From the NCBI GenBank assembly GCA_009602725.1, contig WELB01000011.1, positions 1,229,361 through 1,293,360 of the forward strand: 64,000 nt of DNA. The letters run 5' to 3'. Position numbers and translations under genes: made by a program. The notes under the pieces are model-generated. The model saw only the letters and a program-made list of their open reading frames with translations. It ran no database searches and was not told the DNA's origin. Below are positions 1-12,166 of this stretch, in pieces (the first letter of the stretch is position 1; every line of letters begins with the position of its first letter). The DNA is from Spirogloea muscicola. Its lineage: Eukaryota.

Positions 1-1079
1 CCGCCCTGCACCCGCGCCTGCGCAGCGACGCCCGCGGCGGGCGGGCTGAGCCCGCGAGGCGGCCGGCGCTGGGGCTCCGCGCCAAGTCGGACGACTCGCC
101 GCCGTCAGAGATGACCCTTGAGAGTGCGCTGAAGCTCCTGGGCGTTCGGGAAGGCGCCACCTTCGACGAGATCCTGCAGGCGAAGCAGAACTTCCAGCAG
201 AACAACGAGACCGACCAGGAGCAGCTCATGCAGGTGAGGCCCCCGCCCGACGTGCCGAGCTCCGTGCCTGCCTACTGCCTATTATGACGGCCGGTGGCTC
301 TATTGAAGACGTTGCTGCTGCGGCCCCCCACAACAACCAGGGTGTCATAGCTGGTGTCACCTGTGCGAGAGCTCTCGAATATAGACATTTTTGTCATTTC
401 TCTGAAAACAGTCAGATAAGGTTGTGGAAATTCAATGGTGGTGGCAGGTGGAGGCTGCCTATGATATACTCCTGATGCAGAGCCTCTCCAAAAGGAGGTC
501 GGGCAAGGTCACGGACAGCAGCGTCCGCTTTGCTGATGTCAGGAAGCCAAGGCCCGCCAGGTCCGGCCTGCCGCCCTGGCTGAGCAACACGCTCAAGTAC
601 ATATCATTATCAGTTGGAACCCCGCCTGCCAAGGACGTGGCCATCCAGGGGGCCATCTACGGTGCCCTGGCTGCGTGGACCTTTGCTGGGGGCCTGGGCC
701 AGAGCGAGGCCTTCCATAGCGCCGGCACGGACGTTCCTGGGCTCCAACTCGCGGCCGCGTTTGGTGCCTCCTTGTATTACCTCCGGAAGCAGAACGTCAG
801 GCTTGGTAAGGAACAGTCTCTCCCTGCTTGATCGTGGGCTTTTGTGCTGGGCTTTAATCTCAATGTCGGCTGTTCTCCTCAAACACTGGCACTTGCTATG
901 TAGGCAAAGCGAGCTTCATGACTACTGGAGGCCTGGTAGCTGGCGCCCTCCTTGGCAGTGTTGTGGAGGCATGGCTGCGGGTTGACATCTTCCCAGTCCT
1001 TGGCATAGGCTCTCCCGCTGTTGTTGTAAGCGAGTTTACATTCCTTTCCCTGTGGTTCACATCATTGTACTTGCGGTAG
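1..1079 (+). CDS. CPP1-family / DUF3353 chaperone-like (J-like) plastid protein; 5' end lies before the window; exons ~<1-233, 448-805, 904-1079
   Basis: Spliced translation MTLESALKLLGVREGATFDEIL.../VEAAYDILLMQSLSKRR.../GKASFMTTGGLVAGALLGSVVEAWLRVDI...SLYLR*; GT-AG introns. Confidence 0.85.
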
Positions 1080-1939
1080 AGGTCTGTGCTTAGCTTGGCC
1101 TGCATATTGCAGTTCCAGGGTTGTGGTGAGGGCATACTTTATAAGTAGGTTGTGCATATGACTGCCCGAGACAACTTGTGCTCGTCCATGCTCTCGTCTA
1201 TCGGAGCTAGCTAGCTGCTTCTCCTCATCTTTGTAGATGCAGAAGGTTGGCTCTTGTCAGTCGTTGCTAGCCGCATCAGCTGTCTTGGTCATACGAGGAC
1301 CTGATTTGGCCCCCTTGTTGCTAGCATACAGTATTTAGAATCTGTACAGGCTGATTGGATTTGATTATTGGCATGAAGAAATTTCCATATGTTGTTTTGC
1401 TACTATTTCGTCATACCCTTCTTTGGGCAGAGGCTCAAGCTTGTGCACCCCTCTGGTTTTGAAGGCCATCGAGGCCATGACATTGCTGCGATGGCGTGAT
1501 TGCCACGGTGAGATGCTGATGGCAACATGCTCAGAAATATAGTCGAATGGAATTGGAGAACTTGTGCTGCAGCTTGTTCAACCCCATCACCTTTGGATTG
1601 GAGGACGAGATCACAGCAGGATGTGACCAAAGGGATACTGGAGCAATGCGTCAGGCTTGGTTGTTTTGCTCACCTTAACCTCCGATGTCACCACTCAGTC
1701 TTGGGCTTACCGCTGCACATCTCTTGCATGATGATAGTGAGTAGCAGTTATGACAAGTCGTGAACATGATGAAGCATAGATGCTCGATTGTGCTGCTTGT
1801 GCATCTTATCAACAGTCTTGCCTATCTTGCTTGCCGTTCACCCTAGGCGATACTAGCAATTTGAACAAGTCGAGGACATGATTCAGCCTAGACGCTCCAC
1901 AATATTTCATCCCACCGGGCAAGCTCTGAGACGGCGCTT

Positions 1940-2372
1940 TTGGTCCCTTCAGACCTTGTCGATCCTTTTCAGGCTGGCTGTTCACAACCCTTGCCCCCTT
2001 CCAATATAAGGTAGAAATTGAAGGCCTTGAAGTGGAAGAGCAATTCCATCGCATGTCAGAGGAACTAGTGTCTGGGAACAAACCGGGTTCAGGCGGACCC
2101 GAGCCAGCAGCTCTCACGTTGCCCGGCCCACCGCGGTCCCTGCTGGCACCGCCACCGCCGGGGAGAGAAAAACAGCGCTTTCCAGATTGACTGGTGGCTG
2201 TGCAAAACATGGGGCTACATGAAATGAAGCCCTTATGCTTCTTTCTTGCTAAGGTGGCTGAGGCAGTAGTACGATTGCAGTACCCATGGGGGGGGTAATG
2301 TACATCTGTCAATCTTCTTGCCTTCGTACTTGGCACTGAGGCCCTCTATCACTCGCTGCACACTCCATTTTT
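1940..2372. mobile_element. Cluster of decayed CRE-like LINE 3'-UTR fragments upstream of the SBH gene
   Basis: Pieces such as CCTTCAGACCTTGTC, CCAGATTGACTGGTGGCTG, CATGGGGCTACA and TTGCCTTCGTACTTGGC recur at 33200-33720, 44100-44710 and 45035. Confidence 0.6.
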
Positions 2373-2484
2373 CCGCCGCCGTGGGGGGGCCACGAAGCTG
2401 AGGCTGGCGGCGGGGATTCGAATCGGCGACCGCGTCACCTGGGAGCGTCATACCACCCCGCCGCCCCTTCGCCCCCACTTCTGT

Positions 2485-2519
<35 letters not shown>

Positions 2520-2746
2520 GGGCGCTCGGGTCGCGGGCGAGAGCTTCCGAGGTTTGGGTCTAGGCGCCGCGGCTCTGCCGGTGACAGCGCGGCCCCTGCT
2601 GGGGCTTAGTGCAGGCGCCAGAGCCCACGTTGCTGTAGCTGCAGCTGCCTCCTCGCCCGCGGCGCTGCGAGAAGCCCAGGAGAAGCGCACTGCGGCGCGG
2701 CGCGGCGCGCACCCGCCGCCGCCGCACCCGCCGCCCGGCGGCGACC

Positions 2747-4641
2747 ATGGCGTTCTGGGAGGGCTATGCGAGCGACGAGGTGATGGGCGTGGTGGCGCCG
2801 ATTGCCACCTACTGGCTCTACTCCGGCCTTTACCAGCTGCTCGGCATGGCCAGCAGCCCCAAGGTGCTGCCTGCCTCCCGCCATATCCTTGGCTCCGCCG
2901 TGCCTTTGCTCGGCTCCCCCCTCCTCCCATGACAGATCCTTCTGGTTTCCAGCCAGCAGACCGCGATACTGCACAGCCATGGGAGCAGGCTCCTGCAGTT
3001 GCACAGGCTCCTGCAGTTGCACCCCTGTCACGGCCAGCAGCCCTCGAGCCCAAGCTCCGGGCATGCGCAGTCACCACCTCGCCATTCCCCAACGTTTAGA
3101 GGATGCCGGCCCTGCTGGCCCTGATTCTGCATCGCATGGGTTGCGCATTGGGCCTGGTAGAGCACCACAGTGCTCTTTGTGTCTCTCAGGGGCTCACACT
3201 CTGAGCGTGCCAGAGCCCGCCGTGTGCTGCAGAGACTGGACGACTTCCGCATGCACATGCGCGCTGAGGAGGCGAAGAACCTCGTGACGCCCCGCCAGGT
3301 GGTCAAGGGCGTCCTGCTGCAGCAGCTCCTGCAGGCGTGCGTGGCCGTGCCCCTTTTCATGGTTGGTTCCTTAGCCCTGAGATATAGCTGATTTTATTGT
3401 CCTATCTGGCTGTGTCGCCTGTGCAAGAGTGCTACCACACTGTAGATGCCGTCAGTACCTTTGCCTGTTTAAGCTGAGGCAATTGCTCGCTGCCCACCTG
3501 CCAGCTGGACCCCCAGGCCGGGAAGGTGTCGGACAGCAAGCCGGACCTCTGGCAGCAGGCTGGTCAATTTGGGGTGGCCATGCTGGTCATGGACACCTGG
3601 CAGTACTTCCTGCACCGCCTGTTCCACGAGAACAAGTGGTTGTATCGGTGAGCCCTGGGGCGGTGGCTTGCTGCTGGCAGCAGCTGTGGCGTCCGTTGTG
3701 TGCAAACTGCTGACTTTCTCGACACAAATATCAGGTTCACATGCGCGTTCGCATGTGTGGTAGCTTAAATGGGGCCTTTGCACGCCAGTATTATCTGGTG
3801 CTAGGGTTATGTTATCCTCTGCTGATTGTACTGTGGTGTTGATCAGGCATCTGCATAGCTGGCACCACCGCCTTATTGTCCCATATGCTTATGGTGCCCT
3901 GTACAACCATCCGGTGGAAGGATTGATTATGGACACCGTAGGAGGAGCCATCTCTTTTCTGGCGTCCGGGATGAGTCCCCGCATGGCCGTCTACTTCTTC
4001 TCATTTGCCACTATGAAAACGGTTGACGACCATTGTGGCCTCTGGTTGCCATGGAACCCTTTCCAGCTGCTCTTTCAGAACAACACCGGTACGGCAGGCC
4101 CTTCTACTGCTGCCTAGCTCTTCTGTTGCAATTTGTGGGCCCAGCTCCTCTGGTATTGGTTGTTAGTGTGGTGCATGTGGCGCACTTGGTTCACTATTTG
4201 CTGAATTGGGTTTGTAGCAATGCTCAGCCTGTGCTTAAACTGCATTCTTCATGCATGCAAAGCTTTTGTATAAGCAACCAGTTGACTTATTCATCCATGG
4301 AGACTATGGACTATGCAAAATCAAGGACGTATGTCATTCCTTGGGTTAATTAGGTCAGTGTTCGAGCATGATGCCTTTGGAGATTTTTCAATCTTGCCTT
4401 TGACTGAGATTGACATTGATTGTAACCCGTCTGTGATGGGACAGCATACCATGACATCCACCACCAGCTCCTCGGCACCAAGTACAACTTCTCCCAGCCC
4501 TTCTTCGTCTTCTGGGACCGGCTAATGGGCACGTACATGCCTGTGGAGCTGGCAAAGCGAACAAGTGGGGCAGGTTATGAAGCCCGGCCAGTTAAACTGA
4601 AGGTGGTGCAGCCAGTAGTGTCTTCAGAGAAGTCCGACTGA
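2747..4641 (+). CDS. SBH: Sphinganine C4-monooxygenase (sphingoid base hydroxylase, SBH1/SBH2 family); ~5 exons
   Basis: MAFWEGYASDEVMGVVAPIATYWLYSG..., DTWQYFLHRLFH, HSWHHRLIVPYAYGALYNHPVEG, KTVDDHCG, YHDIHHQ...YNFSQPFF...WDRLMGTY; His boxes of the fatty-acid hydroxylase family; stop TGA 4639-4641. Confidence 0.93.
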
Positions 4642-5225
4642 TGCAGTATTCAGTCTGTGGGTTGCGAGCAATGCAGACTTGGCAGGCTAGTCTTTGCTTG
4701 AGTATTGTGGCTTGTTGGTTCTTGGAGGACCGAGCCCACTTGACAGGCCGTTTGCACGTGTGACATAGCAAGTTGCTGTGCACAGCAAAGCTTCACTGTG
4801 CCTTGCGCTCGGTCTCCTGTAATATAGTGCTCCATTTTAAGGTTATTGGACGCAACAACAGGCACTGTTGTTTGCTTGAGCTTGATACCGTGATGTGCAA
4901 TTGTTGCATCTCATGTCCAGTACTGGCACACGAGTGGTCCAGGTCGGAGTAGAGAGTGAAAAAGCTGTGCACTTCTGACTTATATCTGATTTGCCCTCTG
5001 GTGCTGATGGTGTAAGACACAGCTAGTCTTGAAAGATCAGCCTTCAATGAAGCAATGTCATTCTTCACATTAGTGAGAGCTTCAACAACTTCAGATTAAA
5101 GCTTATCTCAGGTCCTGAAGAAGCGGGGTTCCAACAAACCTTTGGCCATGCTTGGGCATGCCCAAAAGAAGCATTATCATTCCTGTATAACTCAAAGCAC
5201 GATGAGTGCTGACAGTGCAGCATTT

Positions 5226-8202
5226 CTAGGGTGTGCATTTTGGTGGCAACCAGCGGAAGTGGTGCTTGTAGAGTTCATCCCTGCAACATGAGAGCTTGTC
5301 CAACCAAGCCTTATCTTCCATCATACGTTTGAGTGGGCCCAATTTTCGATCCATGCCAACACAGCAGTTGGCATGGACAGTCACAAGAAGTGTGAGATCC
5401 TGTCCACAGCTCGCAGAAGCCAGCAAAAAGCTGTGTTTTCAGCAGTCCAACAGTCAAGCCTAACAAGGTCACAATGTGCACAGTCAGTCGCAACAAAGTA
5501 GGCTCACACAGGCTTACCCAACTTGCCTGCGCCCTTCAGTCCTGCAAGCATCATACTACCCACTAGCAGTTTTGCAATATGAGTGTGCATTCAGGATCTC
5601 ATATTGCAGACTGGGCATTGATTACCAATTTGAGTGGCAGCGTAATGGTCATGAGCTGGCAGCAACATCGTGGCAACATCTTGCTCGTTCTTGCCTTGGT
5701 ACCTATAACGTACACACTTGACCCTCTGAGAGACTATGCTCAAGTGGACTCGTTTCGATAACCGGATGCAATCAAGGGTGGTGCTACGTTCATGGAACAG
5801 GCAAATGATTCTCCGGCGACTCTTACGAGCTGCCGCTGCAGGCACCTGGTGAATGACAAGCTTAGGCTCACCAAGCAGATTGAGCACTGTCCACTAATCT
5901 AGCAGCGAGATGAAGAGGTTCTAAGGGTTTGCCTTTGACGCCCTTCCAGCCAATGGTCGTAGAATGCTATTGTTCTATTGTTGGATCTTGCAAAATAAAA
6001 ACCGGCATTAATAGCAGGTTTGGCAGGGTCTGTCCTCCATCGATCACATGCGAATTGTATGTCAAGCTGGCTAGCCTGTAGGAGTGGCAGAGGATCCTGT
6101 GGCATTTGCACACAGATAGGCAGTGGCCTTTCAGCTTTGCACTGCAGCTTTGCTGTCGCTGTATACGGAAGGATGTAATACGGGATTATATGTACATGCA
6201 GATATCTGAGGCATGATTATACTGAAATATAACATATGCTACATATGCATCGTTCATCTGGTTAAGAACAATCAGGCAGCACATGCAAAAGCGGCATATG
6301 CGCATTTGTAACAAGCAGATGGTATCAGATGCCTTTTGCACCTCTACATTGTTGTCTTCCAATACGCATTTCTTACCTGAAACCACAGTATGTCTGTATC
6401 GGTGAAGAGCACATTGTAGCCTAGCTGCAGGATGTCCCGTTTCAACTCCAGCCGTCTCCACATCTGCAAGATCACGCATAAGCAGGCGGCTGCTGAGTGA
6501 CCAGTCTGTGTGAGATCAGTCGAACTTCAAGCCTGAGGATGTTGATCTTCCTGAACCTGATTTCCAGAACTAGATTTGAATGTGTTGATACTGTTCGAGA
6601 TGAAGGACCATCATTTGCAACAATTGTTACTCAGCTTCTCAACGAAAGGACTCGTCAGCAGCCTAACTCTTAGCATTTGTCTAAGGTGAAGCTCAGGGTA
6701 GTTCAGGGACTGAGCTTCTCCTAGCAGAACCTTCTGCTCTGACTGCTTAAGCACGTCATAAGCTCTTCCTCAAGGGGCACACAACTCAAGTTTGGAGGCT
6801 CGCAAGGGCCATGGACGAGAAGGACCCTTCTATAATTCCTGAGCTCAGCATGCAATCAGGTAACAATGCTGGTCCAGTGATAGCAAAGAGCCAGCAATTT
6901 TCTAGGAGAGCTCGGTGAGGGTCTTACCATGTCGAGGTAAATGGGAGTCATGTAGACCTTGGCGGCACCAGAGTAGTTGCCTTTCTTAGTGGCACTTTCC
7001 TGTCAGACTTCAAGCTTTTTACTTCTTTGACTATTTCTCGGTGCATAAGCACCATGCATTGGACACTTTACTGGCTTGTTGACGTAGATGTCTAAGGCTG
7101 AGAACACTGGATATGTAACAAGCTATGAGCACTTTACTGCATATATATTTGATCTCTACGAGCGACGCACCACCCACTTGGACTTCTAAGGCCGGAATTG
7201 TGAGGCACAGGGCATGCTTCTCACGCGAGGGACAGCATCATGTTTCCGATCGGCGCAGGTCCTGGTCAATGACTATTATGCAGGCTGCTGTGTTGCATGG
7301 CCCTTACTTGAGTGTCCAGGTAGCAGTGTAACCCGAGTTTTTGACAATAGCTGTAGCCCTTGTCATCGAAGCTCAATACTAGCAGGTGACGAATCAAAGC
7401 CTGCGTCAGAGGGCTGCTGCGAAGCTGTTCCAAGAAAAGCTCGAGCATAGGCTTCCAAGCAGCGGTGAATGAGGTAACAATCACGATCCTGCTGTCAGGC
7501 GTCGCAGCAGTTTCCAGGACACTCCTCAGCTTGCTGTGACAAACAAGTAAGGCATGAAAGCTTAAGGCAACCTGCCCCTGATTTGCATGCTTGTAGTGCG
7601 ACTTTGACAGTCCCAGAATTCTGTCTGCCACTCGCAGCATCTTCACCTGCCACAGGGTCTTAAGACAGGAATGAACTCCGTGACTGGGTCCTCAAGAGAG
7701 GCTGCATATGGTGCTTAGGCTGCATACAGTACTATGGGAGACAAGAATAAAAGTGGCATGTGTCTATGAGCAGGTGAGTCATTTCAAGTCAAGAATACGT
7801 GAGTTAAGACGGATAGCATGTTGGACACAAAGGATGGACTTGCTGGTAACAAGAAGATGCTAGATATCAGGACACACGCGTCTGTCGACTCTTGTGGATA
7901 TGAGAGACTGAGCTCTATCTGGGCCTCGGAGCTCCAACCCACGCAATTGCTCGTGAGTACACAGAATTCGTTAGCGTGCACCTTGCAGGCGTATCATTGA
8001 CGGTCATCTGGCGTTGTTGCGGAGCTTCCTTGTCTGGTGAAGCTCGGGTGATATTCCACACGCCCACTAGCAGGTCGCTAGGATGCCCCACAAGGATGGC
8101 GGACAAGGAGGACCCTGCCTGTGGCTGGATGGGCAGCAGCACGACGGACGCGATGAGTAGTGCGGCAGTCGCTAACGAGACCGCAAGCCTGAGCTGCGGC
8201 AT
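5226..8202 (-). CDS. Nucleotide-diphospho-sugar transferase family glycosyltransferase (GT77-like), type II membrane protein, multi-exon
   Basis: N-terminal signal anchor MPQLRLAVSLATAALLIASVVLL; exons IVIVTSFTAAW..MLELFLE..HLLVLSFD, LDIQFACD..INAGFYFARSNNRT, TVHANCCVGMDRKL. Confidence 0.8.
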
Positions 8203-8694
8203 CGCTGCGCGGCAGCTTGAGGTGTATCAGGTTGCAGCTTGGACCGCCAACACTCCGCCAAGGGCCGTCCTGCTTAGTGCCGGCGCCACGACTGCCTCGG
8301 CGGCCAGCCGAGCGGCTATGTGACCCTGAACGCAGTGGCATGCGCCTATCGTGGACGTGCTTCAACCCGATCCCGTGGCCACTCGCCACGGGCCTGCACC
8401 TGGTTATACCGTTAGCGAGTGGCCGCTGGCGACTCCCAGCCATCGCCAGCGCGCGCGGGAGGGCAAGTTACGTGAGCGCGGCGTTCAGGCGAGCGGCGAG
8501 CTGGCGTGACGGCGGGCGACGGGAGGCAAGTCCTGCGCAGCGCGCGCTGGCCGGCATGTGCGCCATGCAGGTGCGCGGTGGCCACGTTGAAGTTTGATTG
8601 CGGCCTGAGGACAAAACCAGCCTCAGCGCGCTTAGGCAGACGTGAAAAAGGAGGCGCACATACCAGCACACCGATGGGTCGCTATGCCTGCAAG

Positions 8695-8830
8695 AAAGAA
8701 GGTGCTCGCCCATTGAGAAGAGGGGGCTGGCAAAGCCAACCCAAAAAGAATGGACAATGTTCAAAGCCAAAGAAAGAGGTGCTGAAAAAGGACTACAAAG
8801 TGCAAGATGGTGCAGAGGGAGATGCAGATG
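8695..8830 (-). mobile_element. CRE-like LINE 3'-UTR fragment (family F)
   Basis: GCTCGCCCATTGAGAAGAGGGGGCTGGCAAAGCCAACCCAAAAAGAATGGACAAT recurs at 45630-45770, 46345-46420 and 50640-50780; the last copy runs into an ORF end LLTRGY*. Confidence 0.7.
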
Positions 8831-9420
8831 GCTGCACAGTATCCACGTGTGAGCAACAGCAGATCAGCGTAACTCGGAGCAGGAGAAGCGGCACTTTGCC
8901 GCAAGCATCCGTCCGGATGGCGGGGCCTCGGAAATCCGCAGCCGCCCGTCTTCTAAAGGCCCCGGTTACACCGGGGTCGGCCGGCCGCGCCGAGGGGTAC
9001 GTGTCGCGCTTTGTATGGAATGACCGCGTTACGCTGGCGCGGGGGCCCGGTCGTGGTCGCACGCCACGAAGGCGCCACACCGGACGCTGATCAGGACTCC
9101 TTTTGGGCGCGTTGAAGGTAGAAAAACGCGCGTTTGCCACGCTGGCGGCCGGAATCCAGACCACCTCCCGAGGTGGTCTGGATTCCGACCACCCCTCCCC
9201 CGCCTCCTGGCACCAAGCCATCCAAATACACGCAAACTCAAAAATCGCATCTGCACGTGCAGGCGGCCTCGGCCTCCGTGGCAGCAACACCCCCCTTGAC
9301 TCGGCGACCCGGCGGTCAGATTGAATTTGGCCAACCGACCAGGTGTAACCCGGCCTTACCAGTTTTCTAGTGATGAAAAGACGATACATACAAGCTAAGC
9401 GCGCCGACACGGTTCTGGAG

Positions 9421-9501
9421 GTCAGCTTGCCCGAGTGGTTAAGGGGATAGACTTGAAATCTATTGGCATTTGCCGCGCAGGTTCGAACCCTGCAGCTGAC
9501 G
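9421..9501 (+). tRNA. tRNA-Ser (anticodon UGA)
   Basis: Acceptor stem GTCAGCT/AGCTGAC, D-arm with GAGTGGTTAAG, anticodon stem ATAGA-CTTGAAA-TCTAT, long variable arm, T-loop GGTTCGAACC; T4 run ~48 nt downstream. Confidence 0.95.
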
Positions 9502-9789
9502 CGCGGGAAAGAGCCCCCCCCGTATCGCTCGGCCGCGCAGCGTTGATATTTTGCGGTGACGCTGGTCGGCGAAGTCACAGTCAGGGGCACAGTCTGCACA
9601 CTTTTACCCGTTTTCTCGTTGGTAATCGCCTCTTGGCACCTATTGTGGGGGTTCCACCGCTCACTTGTCTCACTCTTTGCACGATCTTTAGTTCCTCGTG
9701 AGCAGCATATTGGCTTGGTTGGCCTCCAGTTCATCTGCAGTGGTCCATCCTCCACCCGTTCTGACATCAGCGCTTTAGGCCCCTCCGTC

Positions 9790-10990
9790 ATCTGGCCCCT
9801 TCGAAGCTATGTCTGTTAAAAGTCAGCCCGAGAAGAACAGACATAGCTTCGAACGGCCCTCGCCCCCATTGAGAGAGACACTTCTTCTGCAGTATGTAGC
9901 CTTGTTGATCCTGCACTAGGTTCTGCCTGGACCCTGTGTTGGCTTGTATATGGGAATCCCTTTTATTCATGCGCTCTGCGCGCCTTCTCTCTTCTGCACA
10001 CCTTGCGGCTTCCATCGCTCTAGTGGGAGTGCCACTTCCTCTCTTTTGGAGACTCCCATTCTTTTGTCCTCTGGAGGATTCATCTCCTTTGAACTCGACT
10101 CTGCCTGAACAATGTATTGGCTTGAATTGGCCTCCCTTTCAATTCATGCGCCCCGCGCGCCTTCTCTCTCTTGCTAACGTTAAAGGCTAAGCCTTGTCTT
10201 TTGAGCCGCCTTGTCTATTTACTTGTTATGAGCCGGCCTCTCAGCCACGGTCCGTAGAAGCGCGGTCGTCTGGTACGGCCATCCAATATCTCGGCAAAGC
10301 GCCGCCCGGGGCGCGCGCGCTTCGCCGCGCGTGCTCCTCGCGGGAGGGGCGCCCGCACGCGTCCCGCCCATCTCGGAGGGTCTCGGACGAAGGGGGAAGG
10401 CGCGGGATGCGCCTGAAATGAAAGGATGGCCAATGAAAGGATGGCCCAAATGATGGCCCTAGCCTGAACAAGCCAATACACTTTTTCAGGCTAGGGCGGA
10501 CATGTTGCACCCGGCGTTACAGCATTCCTGCGGGCCGGGGCCCTCCCGGCGGGCCGCGTGCGCCGCCCAGCAGCCCTGACACGCGGCGTGGGGCTGCGGC
10601 CCCGCCGCGCGCCGCGGCTTGGGCCCGAACGTGGCGGCCACACTCCCACGCACCGTCAGCGTAGAGCCCTCGGCTTTGTTTCTGTTACTTAGCGCTTCCC
10701 CTGGCCCCCTTCTCATACTTTGTTCATTCTTTTTCGGGCTGGTTGTTCCAGCCCCTATTCTCAATGGGCGAGCACTTTCTTCGGAAGAAAGTGCTCGCCC
10801 ATTGAGGAAAGGGGCTGGAAAAGCCAGCCCAAAAAAGAACGAACGGAGTACGTGGGGGCCGGGCCTCGGAGCCCGTCCCCCGCCTCCAGCGCCGGCGCTC
10901 TTGCCGGCCCAGGCCCGCACGCAATGAAACAGCTCTTCCAGTTGAAGGCAATGATGGTTGTGAGAGGCCAGCCCAAAGGAGTGTACCAGG
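9790..10990. mobile_element. Cluster of CRE-like 3' ends: family A (9925-9995 +, 10093-10172 +, ~10385-10490 -), family C tail-to-tail pair (10670-10850), family G (10925-10990 -)
   Basis: 10093-10170 matches the reverse complement of the 3' UTR at 46433-46510; the family C UTR matches 26130-26256. Confidence 0.8.
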
Positions 10991-11470
10991 CGCAGTGGCC
11001 GCGGCGCGCTGCGGTTGTGACTCTTCCGAGGCCGATGGCTGTGGTGGACATACGCCGCCATTGTGCCTCAGGTGAGAGAACGTCACACCAACTGCTCGCG
11101 CTTTCCTGCCCCTACAGACCTAGCCGATTTAGCCGCGGCCGGCCGTTTGCAGCAGTTGCCATCTTGCTGATACTGCTTCTCTCGCCTTGTTTCGGATTGC
11201 GATTTCTTCCCTCGCGCCTTTCGGTCATCGCCCCATTCTGATGGGAGGGTACTTCTTTAGCGGTCGAGTCAGTCACCGTCCGACTAGCAACACGGAGATG
11301 TGGTTAATATGATGAGAGGGGGTTCGACGCCGCAGGGTCGTCCGCCAAGTTGGCGGCGCGTGGTGGGGCCCGGCTCCACCAGCGGCGGGATCGAACGGCA
11401 CCATCACACGGGTTGCGCGTCGCCACGAGGACGGACCCGCCCGCGCCCGGCGCGCCCGGGCGCCCAAAAT

Positions 11471-12131
11471 NNNNNNNNNNNNNNNNNNNNNNNNNNNNNN
11501 NNNNNNNNNNNNNNNNNNNNNNNNNNNNNNNNNNNNNNNNNNNNNNNNNNNNNNNNNNNNNNNNNNNNNNNNNNNNNNNNNNNNNNNNNNNNNNNNNNNN
11601 NNNNNNNNNNNNNNNNNNNNNNNNNNNNNNNNNNNNNNNNNNNNNNNNNNNNNNNNNNNNNNNNNNNNNNNNNNNNNNNNNNNNNNNNNNNNNNNNNNNN
11701 NNNNNNNNNNNNNNNNNNNNNNNNNNNNNNNNNNNNNNNNNNNNNNNNNNNNNNNNNNNNNNNNNNNNNNNNNNNNNNNNNNNNNNNNNNNNNNNNNNNN
11801 NNNNNNNNNNNNNNNNNNNNNNNNNNNNNNNNNNNNNNNNNNNNNNNNNNNNNNNNNNNNNNNNNNNNNNNNNNNNNNNNNNNNNNNNNNNNNNNNNNNN
11901 NNNNNNNNNNNNNNNNNNNNNNNNNNNNNNNNNNNNNNNNNNNNNNNNNNNNNNNNNNNNNNNNNNNNNNNNNNNNNNNNNNNNNNNNNNNNNNNNNNNN
12001 NNNNNNNNNNNNNNNNNNNNNNNNNNNNNNNNNNNNNNNNNNNNNNNNNNNNNNNNNNNNNNNNNNNNNNNNNNNNNNNNNNNNNNNNNNNNNNNNNNNN
12101 NNNNNNNNNNNNNNNNNNNNNNNNNNNNNNN
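11471..12131. other. Assembly gap (N run)
   Basis: 661 N. Confidence 1.
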
Positions 12132-12166
12132 CGGGGGCGGCCGCCGCCGCGCGGGCCGTCCGCCGC

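Noticed and set aside
2986..3021. 18-bp direct repeat CAGGCTCCTGCAGTTGCA x2 in SBH intron 1 (and a 15-bp duplication at 53941)
   Set aside because: Simple local slippage duplications with no further structure.
2448..3099. Overlapping Ala/Arg/Gly-rich ORFs around first exons (also 20074-20655, 24611-25720, 34061-34637)
   Set aside because: Shadow frames of GC-rich exons and (GCC)n tracts.
8793..9791. 332-aa minus-strand ORF
   Set aside because: Runs antisense through the tRNA and repeat pieces, has no recognisable domain, and is a likely chance ORF in GC-rich DNA.
10670..10850. Recurring ~90-150 bp repeat read as a MITE, SINE or CRISPR repeat
   Set aside because: It is the 3' UTR directly following the LSRGY* stop of family C. 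It has no TIRs, Pol III boxes or regular spacers, and the palindrome comes from two opposed copies.
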